In this document: positions 19,575-29,896 of the stretch, piece by piece
Numbering within the stretch: position 1 is the stretch's first letter
Layout: every line of letters starts with the position of its first letter
Virus record (IMG/VR): IMGVR_UViG_3300016476_000987
From: a virus
Taxonomy: Duplodnaviria > Heunggongvirae > Uroviricota > Caudoviricetes
Length of the DNA: 64,000 bases
Strand: one strand, 5' to 3'
Notes under the pieces: model-generated
What the model saw: only the letters and a program-made list of their open reading frames with translations
The model's database searches: none
Told to the model about the DNA's origin: nothing
Made by a program: the position numbers and the translations under genes

Positions 19575-21014
19575 ATGAAAGAAGGTTATATTAAAAAAGA
19601 AGATAGAAAAAAGATTTTATTAATCTCAGACGACATTAGATTTTTTTCCGGTATCGCCACAGTGTCCAGGGAAATTGTTATTGGAACAGCACATCATTAT
19701 AACTATGTATGTATCTGTGCTGCTCTGCAACATCCGGACAAAGGCAAAAGAATGGACCTTAGCGAATCCACAAACCAAATAACTGGTATTACAGATTCAG
19801 ATGTTACTATTTACCCTTATGATGGTTATGGGGATGCCGATTTTGTAAGAAATTTGATAAAATACGAGAAGCCTGATGCTCTGTTTTTTGTAACAGATCC
19901 CAGGTATTACACTTGGCTTTTTGAAATAGAGAATGAAATTAGGAAAAAAATCCCAATGATTTATTTGCAGATTTGGGATTGCGAACCGGCTCCTCTTTAT
20001 AATAGAGAGTTCTATCGTAGTTGCGATGCCTTATTAGCTATTTCTAAACAAACAGAAATACTTAATAAAGTAGTGTTAGGTAAATACCAAGAAGATTGTC
20101 TTATTAAATATGTTCCTCATGGTATTAACAGTAACATGTTTTTTAAGATAGACTCAGGACATGAAAAGTATGAAGAGCTACAAAACTTTAGAAAAGATTT
20201 ATTCGGTAAAAAAGATTTTCAATTTGTAGTCCTTTTTAACAGTAGAAACATTCGTAGAAAATCTCTCCCGGATACTATTGTAGCTTTTAAATTATTACTG
20301 GACTCTATGTCTCCTGAAGAAGCGGATAAGTGCTGCTTAGTGCTTCATACACATCAAGTAGATGAAAATGGAACTGATCTACCAGCAGTAATTGAAGTAT
20401 TTTTAGGGGACAGGAAAGACCAAGTAATCTTTTCTAACCCTGGATTAGACACCGGTAGAATGAACCTTCTGTATAATCTTGCAGATGTTACAGTACTAAT
20501 AAGTAGTAACGAAGGATGGGGCCTCTCTTTAACAGAGAGCCTAATGTCTGGCACCATGATTATTGCGAACGTAACAGGAGGCATGCAAGATCAAATGAGG
20601 TTTGAAGACGAGAATGGAGATTGGATAGAGTTCACAGAGTCTTTCTGTTCTAATCATTTTGGAAAGTATAAGAATTGTGGAGAATGGGCTATCCCTGTAT
20701 TTCCTTCTAATATTAGTATCCAAGGATCTGTGCCTACTCCTTACATCGCTGACGACAGAGCAGACTTTAGAGACGTTGCTAATGCTATGAAGCAAGTATA
20801 CGGTATGTCTAAAGAAGAAAGGATTAGCAGAGGAATGAAAGGACGAGAGTGGGTAACTTCAGACGAGGCTATGATGACTGCTGATAATATGTGTAAAAAC
20901 GTCATAGAAGCAGTAGATCAAACTATAGAGGAGTTCAGCCCTAGAAAAAAATATTATATCATAAACACAAATGATAGAGATAAGAAAACTCTTGCTTTCC
21001 CTCTTTCTTTATAA
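19575..21014 (+). CDS. glycosyltransferase, GT-B fold (GT4-like)
   Basis: EX7E motif SSNEGWGLSLTESLMSGTMIIA. Confidence 0.7.
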   Translation: MKEGYIKKEDRKKILLISDDIRFFSGIATVSREIVIGTAHHYNYVCICAALQHPDKGKRMDLSESTNQITGITDSDVTIYPYDGYGDADFVRNLIKYEKPDALFFVTDPRYYTWLFEIENEIRKKIPMIYLQIWDCEPAPLYNREFYRSCDALLAISKQTEILNKVVLGKYQEDCLIKYVPHGINSNMFFKIDSGHEKYEELQNFRKDLFGKKDFQFVVLFNSRNIRRKSLPDTIVAFKLLLDSMSPEEADKCCLVLHTHQVDENGTDLPAVIEVFLGDRKDQVIFSNPGLDTGRMNLLYNLADVTVLISSNEGWGLSLTESLMSGTMIIANVTGGMQDQMRFEDENGDWIEFTESFCSNHFGKYKNCGEWAIPVFPSNISIQGSVPTPYIADDRADFRDVANAMKQVYGMSKEERISRGMKGREWVTSDEAMMTADNMCKNVIEAVDQTIEEFSPRKKYYIINTNDRDKKTLAFPLSL

Positions 21015-21022
21015 TATTAGTT

Positions 21023-21991
21023 ATGATAAAAAGAGCATTAATTACCGGGATCAACGGTATGGATGGTAGTCATTTAGCGGATTTACTATTGACTAAAGGA
21101 TATGTTGTGTATGGTATGGAAAGACGAAAGTCTGTAAAACAAAATACTAACACAAAACATCTAGAAGGGAAAGTTAACTTTTTAGTTGGAGATCTAACAG
21201 ATCAAAATTCTTTAGTAAGAGCTTTAGTAGAATCTGATCCTCATGAAGTGTATAATTTAGCTGCACAGTCTTTTGTAGGAGAGAGTTGGAATACCCCAGA
21301 GCAAACTTCTGATGTAACTGGTTTAGGAGTTCTTAGGGTGTTAGAGGCAATCAGAATGTATGATAAATACAATAAGATTAGATTCTATCAAGCCTCTTCT
21401 TCTGAGATGTTTGGTAGAATGGTAGAGAATCCGGCTACCGAACAAACTCCTTTTTATCCTAGAAGTCCTTATGGAGTAGCCAAGCTATATGGACATTGGA
21501 TAACTAAGAATTATAGAGAGTCTTATAACATGTTCACTTGCAGCGGTATTCTTTTCAATCATGAATCTGAAAGAAGAGGATTAGAATTTGTAACCAGGAA
21601 AATAACTAACGGAGTAGCTAAAATACAAAAAGGATTGGCCGACAGTATTTCTTTGGGAAATCTAGATGCAAAAAGAGATTGGGGATATGCTCCTGATTAT
21701 GTAGAAGCTATGTGGGCCATGTTACAAAGAGATACTCCGGATGATTATGTTATATCTACAGGAAATACTTACAGTGTAAGAGACTTTCTAGACGTTGCTT
21801 TTCAAACAGTAGGAATTTCTAATTGGGAACCCTATGTTAAAATAGACCCTAAGTTTTTTAGACCGGCAGAAGTAGATGTCCTAAGAGGACATTCAGGTAA
21901 AGCTAGAGCCTCTTTAGGTTGGTACCCTAAAACTTCTTTTGAAGATATGGTAAAGATTATGGTTAATAATGATATTAAATTACTAAACTAA
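21023..21991 (+). CDS. gmd: GDP-mannose 4,6-dehydratase
   Basis: ALITGINGMDGSHLADLLLTKGYVVYGMERR Rossmann N-terminus typical of Gmd; SPYGVAKLYGHW (YxxxK); ILFNHESERRG. Confidence 0.9.
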   Translation: MIKRALITGINGMDGSHLADLLLTKGYVVYGMERRKSVKQNTNTKHLEGKVNFLVGDLTDQNSLVRALVESDPHEVYNLAAQSFVGESWNTPEQTSDVTGLGVLRVLEAIRMYDKYNKIRFYQASSSEMFGRMVENPATEQTPFYPRSPYGVAKLYGHWITKNYRESYNMFTCSGILFNHESERRGLEFVTRKITNGVAKIQKGLADSISLGNLDAKRDWGYAPDYVEAMWAMLQRDTPDDYVISTGNTYSVRDFLDVAFQTVGISNWEPYVKIDPKFFRPAEVDVLRGHSGKARASLGWYPKTSFEDMVKIMVNNDIKLLN

Positions 21992-21992
21992 T

Positions 21993-23303
21993 ATGAATAA
22001 GTTATCGTGTGTAGTAGCCAGTCCAATTGATACATTTAGCGGATATGGTGTTATGGCTAGAAATTTTGCAAAAGCTCTTCTTAAAATAAGGAAAGACGAA
22101 TGGGATATTAAATTCTTGTCTTTGAGATGGGGAATGACTCCTTTTGGAGCATTAGATGAATCTGATCCTTCAGATGCAGAGATTATGAGTCTAATTATCC
22201 CAGACGGACAACTAAAATATAAACCAGATATTTGGTTTCAGATTAGCGTGTCTGAAGAGTTTACTCCTGTAGGAACGGTAAATATTGGGTACTCTTGTTT
22301 AGTAGAGACTACCATTCTTCCTGGGGAAATGCTTGAAGGGCTCAATAGAATGAATTTTAATCTTGTTTCTTGTGAGCATGCAAAAACTATTGCTACATCT
22401 ACTTCATGGGATAAAGTAGACCAAAATCAGAAAAAAATAGGAGAGTTAGTACTAGAAAAGCCAGTAGAAACTTTATTTATTGGGCTTGATACAGATAAGT
22501 TTAAGAAGCCTAAATCGGTATCTTTTGATCTTTCTAACATTAAAGAATCTTTTTGTTTTTTATCAGTAGGGCATATGCTTCCCGGAGCTGTAGAGTTAGA
22601 AGATCGAAAAATGATGGGAAGATTAATTAAAACTTTCTTAGAGACTTTTAAAGATAAAAAAAACAAACCTGCTCTTATACTTAAAACAGCAACCTCAGGT
22701 TATTCTTATGTAGACCAAGAAAGGACGTTATCTATTATAGACAAAATTAAAAGTACTGTATCAGGAAAAGACCTCCCAAATATTTACCTAATTCATGGAG
22801 AATTAAGTGAACAGGAACTTTGTGAGCTATATTCTCATGATAAAGTAAAAGCTTTTGTACTAACCGGCAACGAAGGTTTTGGTCTACCTTACATAGAATT
22901 TTCAGCAGTATCAGGAAAACCTTTGATTGTGTCTCCCTGGAGCGGTCATTTAGATTTTTTAGATAAAGAATTTAACACTTTTGTATTTGGGGCTATAGAG
23001 CAAATTCACCCAGCAGCAGCAAATAAGTATTTACTAAGAGAGGCTGCGTGGTATAAACCTGATGTAAAAGATCTTTCGGACAAACTTGTAGACATGCATA
23101 AGAATTATTCTAAGTATGTAGACAACGGAAAAAGACAAGGATTTAAATCTAGAACAGAATTTACTATTGATAAGATGGCTGAGAAATTAGACGATATTCT
23201 TAAAACTAATATTCCTCCTATTAGCAAACCCGTTCCCTTATCTTTACCTAAACTAGTTGATATAAAAAAGCCTAACTTTGACTATCTAGAAGAATCTAAA
23301 TAA
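21993..23303 (+). CDS. glycosyltransferase, GT-B fold (GT4-like)
   Basis: EX7E motif TGNEGFGLPYIEFSAVSGKPLIV. Confidence 0.6.
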   Translation: MNKLSCVVASPIDTFSGYGVMARNFAKALLKIRKDEWDIKFLSLRWGMTPFGALDESDPSDAEIMSLIIPDGQLKYKPDIWFQISVSEEFTPVGTVNIGYSCLVETTILPGEMLEGLNRMNFNLVSCEHAKTIATSTSWDKVDQNQKKIGELVLEKPVETLFIGLDTDKFKKPKSVSFDLSNIKESFCFLSVGHMLPGAVELEDRKMMGRLIKTFLETFKDKKNKPALILKTATSGYSYVDQERTLSIIDKIKSTVSGKDLPNIYLIHGELSEQELCELYSHDKVKAFVLTGNEGFGLPYIEFSAVSGKPLIVSPWSGHLDFLDKEFNTFVFGAIEQIHPAAANKYLLREAAWYKPDVKDLSDKLVDMHKNYSKYVDNGKRQGFKSRTEFTIDKMAEKLDDILKTNIPPISKPVPLSLPKLVDIKKPNFDYLEESK

Positions 23304-23310
23304 ATAAAGT

Positions 23311-23511
23311 ATGAACTCTAAAGAATTTGTAATTTGGTTAAAAGGATTTGTAGCCGCAGCAAATGAATATAATATAACTCCTAAGCAATTTGAACAAATT
23401 GTAGAGCAGTTGAGTAAAGTATCGGAAGGTACTAATGTATACTACGGAACTACTATTACAGGAGTTTCAAGCACTTCTCCAGTGTCAAAAACAAACACAT
23501 TAAACGGATAA
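23311..23511 (+). CDS. hypothetical small protein
   Basis: ORF only. Confidence 0.35.
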   Translation: MNSKEFVIWLKGFVAAANEYNITPKQFEQIVEQLSKVSEGTNVYYGTTITGVSSTSPVSKTNTLNG

Positions 23512-23513
23512 TA

Positions 23514-23957
23514 ATGTCAGATCAATTAACTACTTGTAGAAAATGCGGATCTCCTCTATGTTATGAAAGACATACAGAGAGTATCATCTTCTGGGACTGT
23601 TTACAATGTGGCTATAGCACTAACACCCTTCTTTTAGTAAACACAGAAGCCGTGTTCTCTTATGAATCTATGGTACCTAGACTATTTCAGGATATTAAGT
23701 ATGTAGACAGTGATGGGCTAGTTTGGTTTCCTACCACTGTAACTAAAGAAGGAGTAGGGATTATTTTTCCAGATGGAACCAATAAAGATGATTGGAAGTG
23801 GGCAGTAGCTAGACATGTGCCGGTAGAAGAAGCAGAAAAAGAGAGATTTAAAAAGAAAGATGGGACATATCATACCTATAAAACGGATATGAAAAATGTT
23901 CTTCATTTTGATAAAGAGTATTTTTCTAAAGCATTAGAATCGTTAGGATTTATTTAA
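23514..23957 (+). CDS. zinc-ribbon domain protein
   Basis: CRKCGSPLC...CLQCGYS. Confidence 0.45.
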   Translation: MSDQLTTCRKCGSPLCYERHTESIIFWDCLQCGYSTNTLLLVNTEAVFSYESMVPRLFQDIKYVDSDGLVWFPTTVTKEGVGIIFPDGTNKDDWKWAVARHVPVEEAEKERFKKKDGTYHTYKTDMKNVLHFDKEYFSKALESLGFI

Positions 23958-23967
23958 TAAAGTAATT

Positions 23968-24591
23968 ATGGTAAGCGTATCATATTGTATTACAGTTCAT
24001 AATGAAGGCTCTATGTATTTAGAGCCTCTTTTTCAAAAGCTATTTAAGTATTTACAACCGGAAGATGAGATTGTAGTAGTAGATGATATGTCTGATGAAG
24101 AGACTACTATCGCTACTCTTTCTAAATACGAAGATAGAATCAATTATTATAAGCATAAGTTTGAAGGAAATTTTGCTAATCATAAGAACTTTGCAAAATC
24201 AAAATGTACTAAGGATTATATATTCTTTATAGATGCTGATGAAAATATGCACGATAATCTTCTGCTTACTTTAAAAGAAGTGCTTTACAATAATCCTACC
24301 GTAGAAATGTACATGGTACCAAGAATTAATATAGTTCCTGGATTGACTGAGGAACATAAGAAAGCTTGGGGGTGGGTAACTAATGAAAAAGGGTGGATAA
24401 TGTTTCCGGATTATCAGACTCGAATTATTAAAAACTTGTCTAGTATTAACTGGGAAGGGAAAGTACATGAAAGATTGTCCGGACACACCGTTCATACAGC
24501 ATTGCCTCACGAAACAGAAGACTATTGTCTATTGCATATCAAAGATATAAAAAGACAAGAAGCGCAAAATAATCTATATAACAGTTTATGA
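23968..24591 (+). CDS. glycosyltransferase family 2
   Basis: VSYCITVHNEG ... IVVVDDMSDE ... FFIDADE (DxD). Confidence 0.75.
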   Translation: MVSVSYCITVHNEGSMYLEPLFQKLFKYLQPEDEIVVVDDMSDEETTIATLSKYEDRINYYKHKFEGNFANHKNFAKSKCTKDYIFFIDADENMHDNLLLTLKEVLYNNPTVEMYMVPRINIVPGLTEEHKKAWGWVTNEKGWIMFPDYQTRIIKNLSSINWEGKVHERLSGHTVHTALPHETEDYCLLHIKDIKRQEAQNNLYNSL

Positions 24592-25502
24592 AAATCGTAT
24601 TTCATAGCAATCAACTAGGAATCAGAGGCACAGAAGTAGCTTTATACGATTATGCGCACTATAATGAATCTATACTGGGAAATATTTCTTATATAGCTGC
24701 TCCGGTGTACTCAGACATGCAGGCGCATGAAAAATTTAAAAATAGATTTAAAGATAGAGTACTATTATACGGTACTTTAGATGAACTGCGTTCTTATAAT
24801 TTTGACGTAGCTTATTTTATAAAGGCAGGATATAATGATGGAAAATTAATTGAAGGAGCTAAAAACATAGTTCATTATGTGTTTGATGGATCTGCTCCTC
24901 ATGGAGATGCTTATGTTGGAGTAAGTGAGTGGTTATCTAAAAAATACAATACAGAGTTTCTCCCCCACATAGTATCCCTCCCAGAAGTAGATTATTCTTA
25001 TAGAGAATACTTAGGTATCTCAAAAGAAGATATTGTGTTTGGTAGATATGGAGGACTAGATCAATTTGATGTTTCTTACTTGAGAGAATCAGTAGAAGCT
25101 GCTGCCGATACAGGTATCAAGTTTCTTTTTATGAACACTTCTGTTTTTACAATAGATCATCCTAATATCATATACTTAACTCCTTCTTATGAATTAGAAA
25201 CTAAGTCTGCTTTTATAAACAGTTGCGATGCTATGCTTCATGGTAGAACAGAAGGAGAAACCTTTGGTTTATCTATTTGTGAGTTCTTGTATTTTAATAA
25301 ACCGGTAGTAACTAACATAATTTGTAGAGATAGAAATCACATAGAATTATTAAAAGACAAAGGATTTTATTACACAAATGCAAATGAGTTATATTCTATA
25401 TTAGTGAATTTTACTAAAAAAGATTATAGCGTAAAACAGCTAGTACAAAAGTATAGCCCAGAAGAAGTTATTAATAAATTTAAAAATTTATATAATGGAT
25501 AG
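24588..25502 (+). CDS. glycosyltransferase, GT-B fold-like
   Basis: EX7E-like GRTEGETFGLSICEFLYFNKPVV. Confidence 0.5.
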   Translation: MKIVFHSNQLGIRGTEVALYDYAHYNESILGNISYIAAPVYSDMQAHEKFKNRFKDRVLLYGTLDELRSYNFDVAYFIKAGYNDGKLIEGAKNIVHYVFDGSAPHGDAYVGVSEWLSKKYNTEFLPHIVSLPEVDYSYREYLGISKEDIVFGRYGGLDQFDVSYLRESVEAAADTGIKFLFMNTSVFTIDHPNIIYLTPSYELETKSAFINSCDAMLHGRTEGETFGLSICEFLYFNKPVVTNIICRDRNHIELLKDKGFYYTNANELYSILVNFTKKDYSVKQLVQKYSPEEVINKFKNLYNG

Positions 25503-26178
25503 AGTATTTCAGAATTATCATAGAGTATATAATTATTTTTCTCCAAAATCTTATTTAGATATAGGGGCTTGCAAAGGACATCACATTCCATACGTTTTAC
25601 AAATCTTAAAAGATTTGAATAAAATAGAATTAATAGAAGCTTGTAGATATCATGAATATGATTTAAAATTATTACAAAACAGTTTTTTTACAAAAAATAT
25701 TTCTTATAAAATAGAAGTACTGTCTGATTGTGTAAAGGAAGTAGACTTCTACTTATCTGGCCTAGAGGAACAAGGCTCCGGTGGGACCGGTAACTCTTAT
25801 TACAAAGAGGATACTCCTCATTATGTAAACTGCGTAATAGAAAAAAGAATAACTAATACTTTAGACATATTGTATAAATACGAAGAGCCTTTTGATCTAA
25901 TTAAAATGGATACTCAAGGTAGTGAGTTGGATATAATAAAAGGAGGATTAAACATAATATCTAATGCTAAAGGTATTATATTAGAAGAAAACGTAGTTAC
26001 TTTTAATACCGGCGCTCCTTTGCATTATGAAGTAAAGCCTTATATGGAATCTATTGGATTTGTATTATGCGAAATATTAGATGAAAAAAACTATCCTATT
26101 AATAATAGTAAAGGAGTGCTTACTCCTCATCATGAAATAGACACGCTTTATATTAGAAAAGACGTGCTTAATCTTTAA
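25495..26178 (+). CDS. FkbM-family methyltransferase
   Basis: DIGACKGHH and FDLIKMDTQGSELDIIKGG match FkbM pattern (DIGAN.G ... LLKIDVEGAELEVLKG). Confidence 0.75.
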   Translation: MDRVFQNYHRVYNYFSPKSYLDIGACKGHHIPYVLQILKDLNKIELIEACRYHEYDLKLLQNSFFTKNISYKIEVLSDCVKEVDFYLSGLEEQGSGGTGNSYYKEDTPHYVNCVIEKRITNTLDILYKYEEPFDLIKMDTQGSELDIIKGGLNIISNAKGIILEENVVTFNTGAPLHYEVKPYMESIGFVLCEILDEKNYPINNSKGVLTPHHEIDTLYIRKDVLNL

Positions 26179-26186
26179 TATATACT

Positions 26187-27065
26187 ATGAAAATATGTTT
26201 TGTTTATGATTATGAATCTGAGCTTTTGTCTCCTGCTCAATCTTTAATAAACGAATTTATTAGACGGAGTTGTTTAGTATCTAGAGTACATCTATCAAAC
26301 ACTTTAAATTTTCACAAAGCATTAATAGCAAACTACTACGATATTATCATTATCCTGGACAAAACTGGTACTGATATTCCACAAATTATTCACAATCAGA
26401 TTTCTAAGGACATTTTTAAAATCAGAGATTGTGGGGGCACTCCTCAAAAATATGAAGCACATTTACCGCATATAAAAAATTATAATATGTTGCTGACTTC
26501 TGACTATGTCTCCTGTCAGAAGTATATGGCTGAAGGAATCCCCTGTTTATGGTTTAATCATTTTGCGGATACTGATATTCATAAAATATACGAGGGAGAG
26601 GATAGAATGCCTCCTGTACGCTCTACAATGGGCCAAGAAGGCTCTAAAATAGTCGATGCGCTGTCTACCCTTATGCCAAATAAATTTGTCAATAAAAGCG
26701 ATCTAATAGGCTCAGAATACGGGCGCTTTTTAGGGCAAGGAAAAATAGTAGTTCATCACAGTAGGAACGAACAGATCAGCCATAAAATTTTTGAAGCAAT
26801 GGCCTGTAAAAAACTAGTCATTACTGACCGTCTTCCTGAGCATACCCGGATAGCGGACTTATTTGAAGAAGGAAAAGACATCGTTTTTTATGATGATTTT
26901 TCTGATCTCATTTCAAAAATAAACTACTATCTTTGCCCTGAGGGGGAAAGGGGGAGAGAGGATATAGCTATTAGTAGCTATACTAAAGTAATAAATAGTC
27001 ATACTGAGTATAATAGAGTAAATAGTATTATAAGTAGTTATAATAATTGGAAAAATAATCTATAG
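26187..27065 (+). CDS. glycosyltransferase, GT-B fold-like (C-terminal domain motif)
   Basis: SRNEQISHKIFEAMACKKLVITD (EX7E + EAMAC motif). Confidence 0.5.
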   Translation: MKICFVYDYESELLSPAQSLINEFIRRSCLVSRVHLSNTLNFHKALIANYYDIIIILDKTGTDIPQIIHNQISKDIFKIRDCGGTPQKYEAHLPHIKNYNMLLTSDYVSCQKYMAEGIPCLWFNHFADTDIHKIYEGEDRMPPVRSTMGQEGSKIVDALSTLMPNKFVNKSDLIGSEYGRFLGQGKIVVHHSRNEQISHKIFEAMACKKLVITDRLPEHTRIADLFEEGKDIVFYDDFSDLISKINYYLCPEGERGREDIAISSYTKVINSHTEYNRVNSIISSYNNWKNNL

Positions 27066-27072
27066 TATTATT

Positions 27073-27909
27073 ATGAAAACATTTGATTGTTTTACTTTTT
27101 TTAATGAAATAGATCTACTAAAGATAAGATTAGAGCTTCTTAAAGATGTAGTAGACTATCATGTCATTGTAGAAAGTAATCTAACGTTTAGTGGTTTAAA
27201 TAAAAACTACATATTAGAAGATCACTGGAATGATTTTATAGATTGGAAGAATAAGTTAATTTATATAAAAATAGAACAGTCTAAAGAGGGATTAGAATTT
27301 AGAAAAGTAAATAGCTACTCTCCAGATAACGGAAGTTGGATATTAGAATATCAGCAAAGAAATAGTTTACAGAACGTGTCAGATATAGTAAATGACAATG
27401 ACGTTTTATTGATAGGAGACGTAGACGAAATTCCTGATCCGGAAGCTGTATTAGCTTTAAAAGAATATTTAAAGTCTGGGTACCCTATAGCATTGTCTAT
27501 GCTGTTTCATTACTACTATATGAATTGCCAGAATGTAGGATATGAAAGATATTGGAACGGTACTGTAGGATGTAAGGGAGTTGATTTTAAAAATAATACT
27601 CCTCAACAATTTAGAGATAAAAGGAACAACTATCAAAGATTCTCTAACGGAGGATATCATTTTTCTTTCTTAGGAGGAGTAGAAAAGATTAGAACTAAGA
27701 TCCAGTCTTTTGCTCATACTGAGTTTAATAGAGAAGACATTCTATCAGAAGAAAATATAGTAGAATCTATAGAGAAAGGTAAAGACGTATTCAACAGACC
27801 TGGGGTTTCTTATGAGTTTGTAGATCCTTATCAATATCCGCAAAGAATAAGAGAGTTAATGTTTAAGTATCCTCATTTAATGAAATATGAAAATAAAAGA
27901 TCTAGTTAA
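27073..27909 (+). CDS. glycosyltransferase family 17-like
   Basis: N-terminus FDCFTFFNEIDLLKIRLELLKDVVDYHVIVESNLTFSG matches the GT17 (PF04724) signature FNE.DLLE.RL.EL...VD.FVIVES..TF.G. Confidence 0.65.
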   Translation: MKTFDCFTFFNEIDLLKIRLELLKDVVDYHVIVESNLTFSGLNKNYILEDHWNDFIDWKNKLIYIKIEQSKEGLEFRKVNSYSPDNGSWILEYQQRNSLQNVSDIVNDNDVLLIGDVDEIPDPEAVLALKEYLKSGYPIALSMLFHYYYMNCQNVGYERYWNGTVGCKGVDFKNNTPQQFRDKRNNYQRFSNGGYHFSFLGGVEKIRTKIQSFAHTEFNREDILSEENIVESIEKGKDVFNRPGVSYEFVDPYQYPQRIRELMFKYPHLMKYENKRSS

Positions 27910-28720
27910 TAAATCAGTATTTGGTACAATAGCAACTATAAGAGACGAGTTTTCGATAAGGAAACTCGATCTTTTTTTACAGTATAACCTACCATTCATT
28001 TTAGAATTTAAAGATAGAGTAGTGATAGCTGTAAATAAAATGGAGCACACTCCGGAACAAGTAGTAAAACAATACAAAGAAGTATTAGAATGTAATATTC
28101 CTGGCTGCGTAATTATAGAAACAGATAACCGGGGCCATATGTTTGGGACTATAGATTTAGAAGAGTCTGTATTAAAATATACAAAGAGACTTTTCCCAGA
28201 AGCAGAATATTTATTTAAGTCGATGGATGATGTTATTACTTACCCATCTTTATTAGAAGTAGAGGTAGATCCGGCAGACTTCTATTATATCCCAGGATTT
28301 AGTTACGAATCTATTTTAAAAGCTGGTTCTAAAGAAAAATTAAGATCTATATATGAAACCTTTGAGAGCGGTTTTTGGACTCCTCAAACAACTTTTTTTA
28401 TTCTCCGTATCAATAACATTGATCTGCTTTATGGCGACGATATTGACTATAAACATAGTGTATATCTCGAAGCTAAAAGATCCCTACCTGAAATAAAGCC
28501 TTGGGAGATTCCCTTTGATATTAAATTTGACTGTGAGACTCACTTAGGTAGAACTGTAAAAGACATGGCTAAGTACTGTCTAATCAAGGACAAGTTCAAA
28601 GATCTACTAGATTTAGTAGAAACTATTCCTATAGGGGATCCGTCTCATAAGAATGTATTCTTTAAAGACATTGGAGTTTGTCATTATCATTATTATGAAT
28701 CTCATGTATTCGATCTGTAA
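27887..28720 (+). CDS. hypothetical protein (end of glycan island)
   Basis: ORF only. Confidence 0.45.
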   Translation: MKIKDLVNKSVFGTIATIRDEFSIRKLDLFLQYNLPFILEFKDRVVIAVNKMEHTPEQVVKQYKEVLECNIPGCVIIETDNRGHMFGTIDLEESVLKYTKRLFPEAEYLFKSMDDVITYPSLLEVEVDPADFYYIPGFSYESILKAGSKEKLRSIYETFESGFWTPQTTFFILRINNIDLLYGDDIDYKHSVYLEAKRSLPEIKPWEIPFDIKFDCETHLGRTVKDMAKYCLIKDKFKDLLDLVETIPIGDPSHKNVFFKDIGVCHYHYYESHVFDL

Positions 28721-28745
28721 TCGATATATACCATATTTATAGACG

Positions 28746-29534
28746 ATGGAAACTTTAATGCAATTATTACTAGAAGCGCCAATTACTCCTGATCAGGTAA
28801 ATAAATTCTTATTGCCTAGAGATAACCAGGTTAGTATCTTCTATGATAAGAAATGGATTTCTGTAGAACCGGTAAGGGTACAGGAAATAGACGGGGAAGA
28901 TTACTTAATTGCATTTGAAGTATCAGACCCTCAAGCTAAGACTCCAGTTAGATACGAACTTAAAAAAATAACCAATTGGAACGTACTTAGTAAAAAATCT
29001 GCTGATAGAGCTAAGAAAGAAAAACAGAAAGGAGTAGTTAAAATAAAATCTGAGAAAAATAAAATAGTAGATTCTATAGTAAATAAAAGATATGTGAAGT
29101 TCTATTACAAGGGAGATAAGGAAAATAAACCGGGATATAGAACAAGCGTTCAGCCAGTATGTTACGGGGTGACCAATGGTAAAAAGTATCTTAGGGCATG
29201 GCAAGACGAAGGAGAGACTTATAGAGGTAAACTACCTAAAGACAACAAAGAGTATAGGCCTATGCCTGGCTGGAGGTTTTTTAGAGAAGATAGAATAAGC
29301 ATGAACACTTATCAAGAAACAGGAAAAAATTTTACTGTTCCTCCTAGAGCAGACTATAATCCTACCGGCGATAAACATATAAATGATGTTATAGCTATTG
29401 CTAAGTTTGATACTGGTAACAAACCTCCTCCTGTTCCGGAGGAACCAAAGGCACCTGCTCCAACAAAAGGAAAGAAGAAGTTACAAGAAAATAAAATAAT
29501 AAGTGCTATCTTAGAGGCTGTGAGAATTTTATAA
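28746..29534 (+). CDS. hypothetical protein, Lys/Pro-rich C-terminus
   Basis: ORF only. Confidence 0.45.
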   Translation: METLMQLLLEAPITPDQVNKFLLPRDNQVSIFYDKKWISVEPVRVQEIDGEDYLIAFEVSDPQAKTPVRYELKKITNWNVLSKKSADRAKKEKQKGVVKIKSEKNKIVDSIVNKRYVKFYYKGDKENKPGYRTSVQPVCYGVTNGKKYLRAWQDEGETYRGKLPKDNKEYRPMPGWRFFREDRISMNTYQETGKNFTVPPRADYNPTGDKHINDVIAIAKFDTGNKPPPVPEEPKAPAPTKGKKKLQENKIISAILEAVRIL

Positions 29535-29545
29535 AACTATGTAGT

Positions 29546-29896
29546 ATGAGAAGGAAGAACCCAAAAAGAACTGTCCCAACTTTAAACTATTATGTAAATT
29601 CTTTTAGTGATTACCAGACCATAAGTACGATGCAAGACACTAGGAAGTTAGTATTTAACAATCTTATAGAAGCTATAGAAGATAGCATGAGAAGCAAAAA
29701 AAACGAAGCTTCTATTTTTATGTTGGATTATGATCATTATGTAGCATTAAATAAAAGAAGTTGGAAAAAAAGCTTAAATACTGCTATTGAGTTTTTTTCT
29801 TCTGAGGGAGTAGAAGAGTATGAGATTTGTAAAAAGTGCGTAGATTTGATTAATAAAATAGACTCTGAAGAAAAAACAAAGGTTGAAGATGAGTAA
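29546..29896 (+). CDS. hypothetical protein
   Basis: ORF only. Confidence 0.4.
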   Translation: MRRKNPKRTVPTLNYYVNSFSDYQTISTMQDTRKLVFNNLIEAIEDSMRSKKNEASIFMLDYDHYVALNKRSWKKSLNTAIEFFSSEGVEEYEICKKCVDLINKIDSEEKTKVEDE

